NCBI GenBank assembly: GCA_035601635.1
Contig: DATNNY010000654.1
Coordinates: 1-58,361 of the forward strand
Length of the DNA: 58,361 nt
Origin: Pyrinomonadaceae bacterium
Lineage (GTDB): Bacteria > Acidobacteriota > Blastocatellia > Pyrinomonadales > Pyrinomonadaceae
Reading direction: 5' to 3'
Shown: positions 53,815 through 58,361 of the stretch, in pieces
Position numbering within the stretch: the stretch's first letter is position 1
Layout: the number at the start of each line of letters is the position of its first letter
Translations under genes and position numbers: made by a program
The notes under the pieces: model-generated
The model's input: the letters and a program-made list of their open reading frames with translations, nothing else
Told to the model about the DNA's origin: nothing
The model's database searches: none

Positions 53815-56800
53815 CTAGTGCCTCGACGTTATTCCCAAGAGCGAGGCCGCCGCTGTCGCCGCTCGCCGCCGCGCGCGCCCAAAGACGCCGGAGAACGTCG
53901 AGCTGATGCGGGACCAGATGTGGCTGCGCGCCAAATCATCAAACAGTGAATAGAACACCGGCACGGCCAGCAACGTCAGCAGCAGACACAAAGACTGTCC
54001 GCCAATCACCAGCACGCCAATCGATCTGTTGGTACCCGCGCCCGGTCCGCTGGAGAGGACCAACGGCGTCATGCCCGCGACCAGCGCGATCGTGGTCATT
54101 AAAATCGGGCGCAAGCGATCGCGATTCGCCTGGATGATCGCGTCATGGCGTTCCATGCCCTGCTTGCGCAAACCGTTCGTATGATCGATTTGCAGGATGG
54201 CGTTCTTTTTCACCACCCCGAACAGCAGCAACAAACCCAGACCCGAGAAAATATTCACCGTCTGTCCCGTCACCAGCAACGAAACGATGCCGAATGGAAT
54301 TGCGAGCGGCAGCGTCAAAAGAATCGTGACCGGATGAATGAATGATTCGAACTGCGCCGCCAGAACCATGTACATGAAGACAAACGACAAGACGATCGCC
54401 AGCAGGAAATACTGCCCGGTGCGAGCCAGCTCTCGCGTCCTCCCGGCCAGAAACGTTCGATAAGAGCTGTCCATATTTTCCGCTTTGGCATATTCGGTGA
54501 GCTTCGCGGTGACTGCTGTTTGCGATCCTCCCGGCTTGGTGTTCGCGACCAGCATCACCTGGCGTTGACGGTTGTAGCGATCGATTGAAGAGGGGCCAGT
54601 GCCTTCCTCGACCCGCACCAGATTATCGAGGCTGACCCAACCCAGCTTTTGTGAAGATACCAGCATTCGTTTCAAGCCATCGGCGCTGGCGCGAAACTCT
54701 CCCATCGCGCGCACCCGCACGTTGTATTGATCGGTGCCGGCGTTGAAAGTCGAAACCTTCTGACCAGCCACCAGAGTGTTGAGTGATTGAGCGATGTCGC
54801 CAACCCGCACTCCCAGATCGGCGGCACGGGCCCGATCGATTACCACGCGTAATTCAGGCTTGCCCGTGATCAGCGTCGAATCGACGTCGACGACATCCGG
54901 AATTGTCTTCAGTTTCTTGAGCAGGTCGTCAGCGTACTTGGTGAGCTTGTCCAGATCCGGGCCGCTCACCACAAAGTTGATGTCCGCGTTACGCTGCCCG
55001 CCGCCGGAAATAGCCGCCACCGGATTAACACTCGTGCGCAGCTGATCCGGAAATTCTTTCAGGTACTTGCTCACGATCTCGTTACGCACCCGAATCATCA
55101 AATCCTGTTGCGAGATGCTCCGCTCGTCAACCGCCGTCATCTTCACGTAGATGTTTGCCAGATTGACGATCTGTTGTTGCCCACTGCCAATGGTTACCAG
55201 CGTGTCGGTGACGCCGGGCAGCTTTCGAACATCAGCGGCAATGCGTTCCGCCAGACCCGAGGTCGAAGAGAGTGTCGAGCCTTCGGGCGCGCGCACATTG
55301 ATTTCGAACTGCGCCTGGTCGTCAACCGGCAAGAAGTTCTTCCCGACGAACATGAAAAGCGGCACGGTGCTGAGGATCACCAGGACCGACAACAACACAA
55401 TCGCCCAGCGATGATTCATAGACCACCTGAGCATCCAGGTATAGGTGCGATCGATGGGACGATAGAAGCGCGACTCTTTCGATTGCGCCTGGACGTACTT
55501 GTCCTTGAACTCAGCCAGCGAACTGCGCTTCTGGCCTTCCGGCGAAGTCGAGATTTCCGGGCTGGGTCCTTTTGCGGTCGGCGCGTGCTTGCGCTTGATC
55601 ATGCGCGCCGCCAGCATAGGCGTCAGCGTAAACGACACGATCAGCGAAACCGCAATCGCGAACGAAGAAGTAAATCCGAACGAAGACATGAAGCGGCCGA
55701 CGATGCCGGCCATGAATCCGACGGGCAGAAACACTGCGAGCAAGGACAAGGTCGTGGCCGTAACTGCCATGCCGATTTCGCGCGTGCCTTCAATGGCCGC
55801 CTGAAACGGCGGCATTCCTTTTTCTTCGATGAAGCGAAAAATATTTTCCAGCACCACCACCGCATCGTCGATCACAATTCCGACCATCAGTGTGAGCGCG
55901 AGCATCGTGATCTGGTTCAGAGTAAAGCCCATCGCCGCCATCAGTCCGAAGGTGGCCACGATCGAAGTAGGAATGGCTATGGAAGCGATGAAGGTGGCGC
56001 GGAAGTTCCAAAGAAAGACGAAAACGACGATGGCCGCCAGGATACTGCCCTCAATCAGGTGCAGATTGATCGAATGCAGGGCCGCTTTGATAAAGATCGT
56101 CTGGTCCCCAACGATTTGTGTTTTCACATCATGCGGCAAGTTCGGCGTCAGCTCGGCCAGACGCTCTTTAACCGCGTCGGCAACCGCCACGGTGTTTTGG
56201 CCCGACTGCTTCGACACGACCAGCGTTACGGCGGGCTGGCCATTCAAACGCGCTTCCGTGCGTTGCTCTTCGGCCCCGTCTTCGACATAACCAATGTCGC
56301 TTAGCTTGACCGCGTAAGCGCCGCGGCTTGCGACCACGATATTGTTGAATTGCGCCGGATCGGGAACGCGTCCCATCGTGCGCACAGTGAACTCGCGCTG
56401 CCCTGATTCAATGCGACCACCGGGCAGCTCCATGTTTTGTAGCTTGACCGCATTCGCGACGTCGGCAGCTGTAACATTAAAGGCCCGCATCTTGTCGGGA
56501 TCGACCCAGACTTCCACCTCACGCAGACGGCCGCCCACAATTTCAACGTTGCCGACCCCGTCGATCGATTCGATCAGGCGCTTGATCCCTTTGTCGGCGA
56601 TGTCGGTCACCTCGCGCAAGCTGCGCGGCGCCGATACCGCTATGCGCAAGACCGGCGTCGCATCAGTGTCGAGCTTCTGCACAATTGGGACTTCGGCCGT
56701 CTCAGGCAGCTGGTTAACGATCAAGTCAACTTTGTTGCGCACTTCCGAAGCGGCCACGTCGGCATTCTTCTCGAGCACGAAATTAACGAACACCTGCGAA

Positions 56801-57066
56801 ACGCCTTCGACGGAAGTCGACCGCAATTCATCGATGCCGCTGATGGTGTTAACCGCGCCTTCGACCTTGTCGGTGATTTCGGTTTCTATTTCCTGAGGCG
56901 AAGCGCCCGGATTGACGACCGTAATCGTGATCGTCGGCAAATCGATCTTAGGAAACAGATCGACGCCGAGCGATCTAAAGGAAAACAGGCCCACCACCGT
57001 AATGCTCAGAATGAGCATGGTCGCGAAGACCGGACGACGAACACAGATTTCAGCAAGTTTTTGCAT
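53815..57066 (-). CDS. RND efflux transporter permease (AcrB-like)
   Basis: About 1083 aa beginning MQKLAEICVRRPVFATMLILSITVVGLFSF, with 12-TM AcrB-like organisation. The ORF-track start at 57090 lies inside a REP-like hairpin and is probably not used. Confidence 0.9.
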   Translation of the reverse strand: MQKLAEICVRRPVFATMLILSITVVGLFSFRSLGVDLFPKIDLPTITITVVNPGASPQEIETEITDKVEGAVNTISGIDELRSTSVEGVSQVFVNFVLEKNADVAASEVRNKVDLIVNQLPETAEVPIVQKLDTDATPVLRIAVSAPRSLREVTDIADKGIKRLIESIDGVGNVEIVGGRLREVEVWVDPDKMRAFNVTAADVANAVKLQNMELPGGRIESGQREFTVRTMGRVPDPAQFNNIVVASRGAYAVKLSDIGYVEDGAEEQRTEARLNGQPAVTLVVSKQSGQNTVAVADAVKERLAELTPNLPHDVKTQIVGDQTIFIKAALHSINLHLIEGSILAAIVVFVFLWNFRATFIASIAIPTSIVATFGLMAAMGFTLNQITMLALTLMVGIVIDDAVVVLENIFRFIEEKGMPPFQAAIEGTREIGMAVTATTLSLLAVFLPVGFMAGIVGRFMSSFGFTSSFAIAVSLIVSFTLTPMLAARMIKRKHAPTAKGPSPEISTSPEGQKRSSLAEFKDKYVQAQSKESRFYRPIDRTYTWMLRWSMNHRWAIVLLSVLVILSTVPLFMFVGKNFLPVDDQAQFEINVRAPEGSTLSSTSGLAERIAADVRKLPGVTDTLVTIGSGQQQIVNLANIYVKMTAVDERSISQQDLMIRVRNEIVSKYLKEFPDQLRTSVNPVAAISGGGQRNADINFVVSGPDLDKLTKYADDLLKKLKTIPDVVDVDSTLITGKPELRVVIDRARAADLGVRVGDIAQSLNTLVAGQKVSTFNAGTDQYNVRVRAMGEFRASADGLKRMLVSSQKLGWVSLDNLVRVEEGTGPSSIDRYNRQRQVMLVANTKPGGSQTAVTAKLTEYAKAENMDSSYRTFLAGRTRELARTGQYFLLAIVLSFVFMYMVLAAQFESFIHPVTILLTLPLAIPFGIVSLLVTGQTVNIFSGLGLLLLFGVVKKNAILQIDHTNGLRKQGMERHDAIIQANRDRLRPILMTTIALVAGMTPLVLSSGPGAGTNRSIGVLVIGGQSLCLLLTLLAVPVFYSLFDDLARSHIWSRISSTFSGVFGRARRRAATAAASLLGITSRH

Positions 57067-57077
57067 CTTCACCCCGC

Positions 57078-57331
57078 GGAGCGCAGGCATCCTTGCCTGC
57101 GGAACGCCGGCATCCTGCCGGCCCCTCCCCTACCCACTCGCTACTGCGAGCGGTTTCGTACCTATTGCGTGACTGCCGCTCCATCACTCAATTGATCGAC
57201 TGGAGCGCAGGCATCTTGCCTGCGGAACGCCGGCATCCTGCCGGCCTTTCTTTTTGCGAAAAACCCGCTCGATACCGCGAGCGGGTTCCCATCTATTGCG
57301 TGACTGCCGCTCCATCACTCAATTGATCGAC
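57078..57331. repeat. about 131-bp tandem duplication containing REP-like hairpins and the last 39 nt of the MFP gene
   Basis: GGAGCGCAGGCATC(C)TTGCCTGCGGAACGCCGGCATCCTGCCGGCC occurs at 57078 and 57202. The exact 39-mer CTATTGCGTGACTGCCGCTCCATCACTCAATTGATCGAC occurs at 57162-57200 and 57293-57331. Confidence 0.85.
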
Positions 57332-58361
57332 ATTGCTGGTGGCCACTATTTCATCGGCCGCGACACCACTCTTGAGTTCAACCAGGTCACCCTCAGTCTG
57401 GCCGGACTGCACCAGGCGCTGCTCAGCATGGCCGTTCTTGATCACGAACACGTAGGTGGATCCCGAAATTGTGCGCAGTGCTCGCTGCGGCACGAGCACG
57501 GCTGGCGCGCTTTGCGGCAAAAGAATTCGCACAGTGGCGAACTGGCCTGGTTTCAACTCGGCTTTTGGATTCTCAACATCGGCCTCAACCGTCAGCGTCC
57601 TTGAAGCAGTGGTGACGTTAGGCGAAACCCGCGCTACGTGGCCGGCAAAATTACGATCGGGATAACCCGATACGCTGACAGAAACACTCTCGCCGGTACG
57701 CACCTGTGGAATCGCCTGTTCGGGAACATCTATGCGCACGCGCAAAGGGTTCAGGTTGACGACGGTGGCGACTTTCTGTTGCGGTGAAACATATTCGCCG
57801 ACGTCGGCGGGGCGATCGGAGACATATCCCGGCATCGGCGAGACCACCACGGTATACCCGAGACTGCGCTTCGCAAGTGCGACCTGAGTCACCGCGGCAT
57901 CGACCGCCGCTTGCGAGTTGGCAACGGTGGCGTAGTTTTGCTGGGCCTGATGAATCAGGGCCTGATATTGCTCAGCCAACTGATCGCGTTGTGATTTCTG
58001 CTGGTCGTAAGCCGAGCGCGAAATGTCGCCGGTCTCGACCAGTTTCTCGTAGCGCCGCAAATTCTTCTCAGCTAACTCCAGCGCTGAGCGCGCCCCTGCC
58101 ACCTCGGGAACATTCTCCGGATTGAACTTCTGCCCGGGCCGCAGACCGATCTTTGCCTCGTTCTGGCGCAGCGTGGCTTTCGCCTGGTCCAACTGGGCCT
58201 GCGCCTGTTGGACGCGAATACGAAAGTCCGCGTCATCAAGCTTGACGATCATCTGCCCGCGTCGCACTGAACTGCCCAGGTCGACCCCGACGGCGACGAC
58301 CTTGCCCGACGTTTCCGCCGCGATGTCAGTTTGCTCGTTCGCCGCCAGGCTGCCGTTGGCT
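57293..58361 (-). CDS. RND efflux periplasmic adaptor (HlyD/MFP family), 5' end beyond the window
   Basis: The frame stays open to the window end (ANGSLAANEQTDIAAETSGKVVAVGVDLGS...). It has coiled-coil and beta-barrel segments typical of MFPs, and sits upstream of the RND and TolC genes. Confidence 0.85.
   Translation of the reverse strand, partial: ANGSLAANEQTDIAAETSGKVVAVGVDLGSSVRRGQMIVKLDDADFRIRVQQAQAQLDQAKATLRQNEAKIGLRPGQKFNPENVPEVAGARSALELAEKNLRRYEKLVETGDISRSAYDQQKSQRDQLAEQYQALIHQAQQNYATVANSQAAVDAAVTQVALAKRSLGYTVVVSPMPGYVSDRPADVGEYVSPQQKVATVVNLNPLRVRIDVPEQAIPQVRTGESVSVSVSGYPDRNFAGHVARVSPNVTTASRTLTVEADVENPKAELKPGQFATVRILLPQSAPAVLVPQRALRTISGSTYVFVIKNGHAEQRLVQSGQTEGDLVELKSGVAADEIVATSNVDQLSDGAAVTQ

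Noticed and set aside
55108-56304. 398-aa plus-strand ORF, along with many other long ORFs antisense to the RND, TolC and MFP genes
   Set aside because: They lie antisense to well-supported GC-rich genes. Their translations are Arg/His/Asp-rich low-complexity sequence typical of high-GC shadow ORFs.
1-58361. CRISPR arrays, cas genes, reverse transcriptases, integrases/tyrosine recombinases, rRNA genes
   Set aside because: I found none on either strand. The only regularly spaced repeats are the transposon end sites, the Pro/Thr-coding repeat and the REP-like hairpins described above.

Overview
The window has GC-rich chromosomal flanks around an accessory island of about 45 kb that looks lower in GC by eye (about 4.66-49.45 kb). 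The left flank carries an LCCL lipoprotein, an ECF sigma factor and three tandem DUF4386 membrane proteins. The right flank carries dcd, a truncated second dcd copy, an MBL-fold hydrolase and a TolC/RND/MFP efflux operon. The island ends exactly at the stop codon of dcd. It appears to be two, possibly three, tandem Tn7-like elements that share the same end repeats. Element 1 (about 4.66-11.9 kb) has no transposase. It carries a three-gene cassette: a PT-rich membrane protein, a frameshifted Ser/Thr-kinase-CHAT fusion, and a metallophosphoesterase. Element 2 (about 11.9-49.45 kb) carries tnsA, tnsB, tnsC(tniB) and a long TniQ/TnsD-like gene. Three regulator genes sit co-directionally just upstream of tnsA: an ECF-like sigma, an unknown protein and a sensor-less sigma-54 activator. 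The cargo of element 2 includes an isoprenoid/ether-lipid-like cluster, Mrr-like nuclease paralogs, a caspase-helicase fusion operon and a methyltransferase/nuclease module. tnsB is split by a 3.35-kb IS1595-family transporter IS with perfect 22-bp inverted repeats and an 8-bp target duplication. That IS carries two non-canonical tRNA-like genes, a structured non-coding segment, an XRE regulator and a HARE-HTH protein. The best candidates for an undescribed system are the caspase-Ski2-like helicase operon (36.5-42.5 kb), the kinase-CHAT/phosphoesterase cassette on the transposase-less element, and the tRNA-carrying IS. All calls come from reading the sequence and ORF translations; no searches were run.
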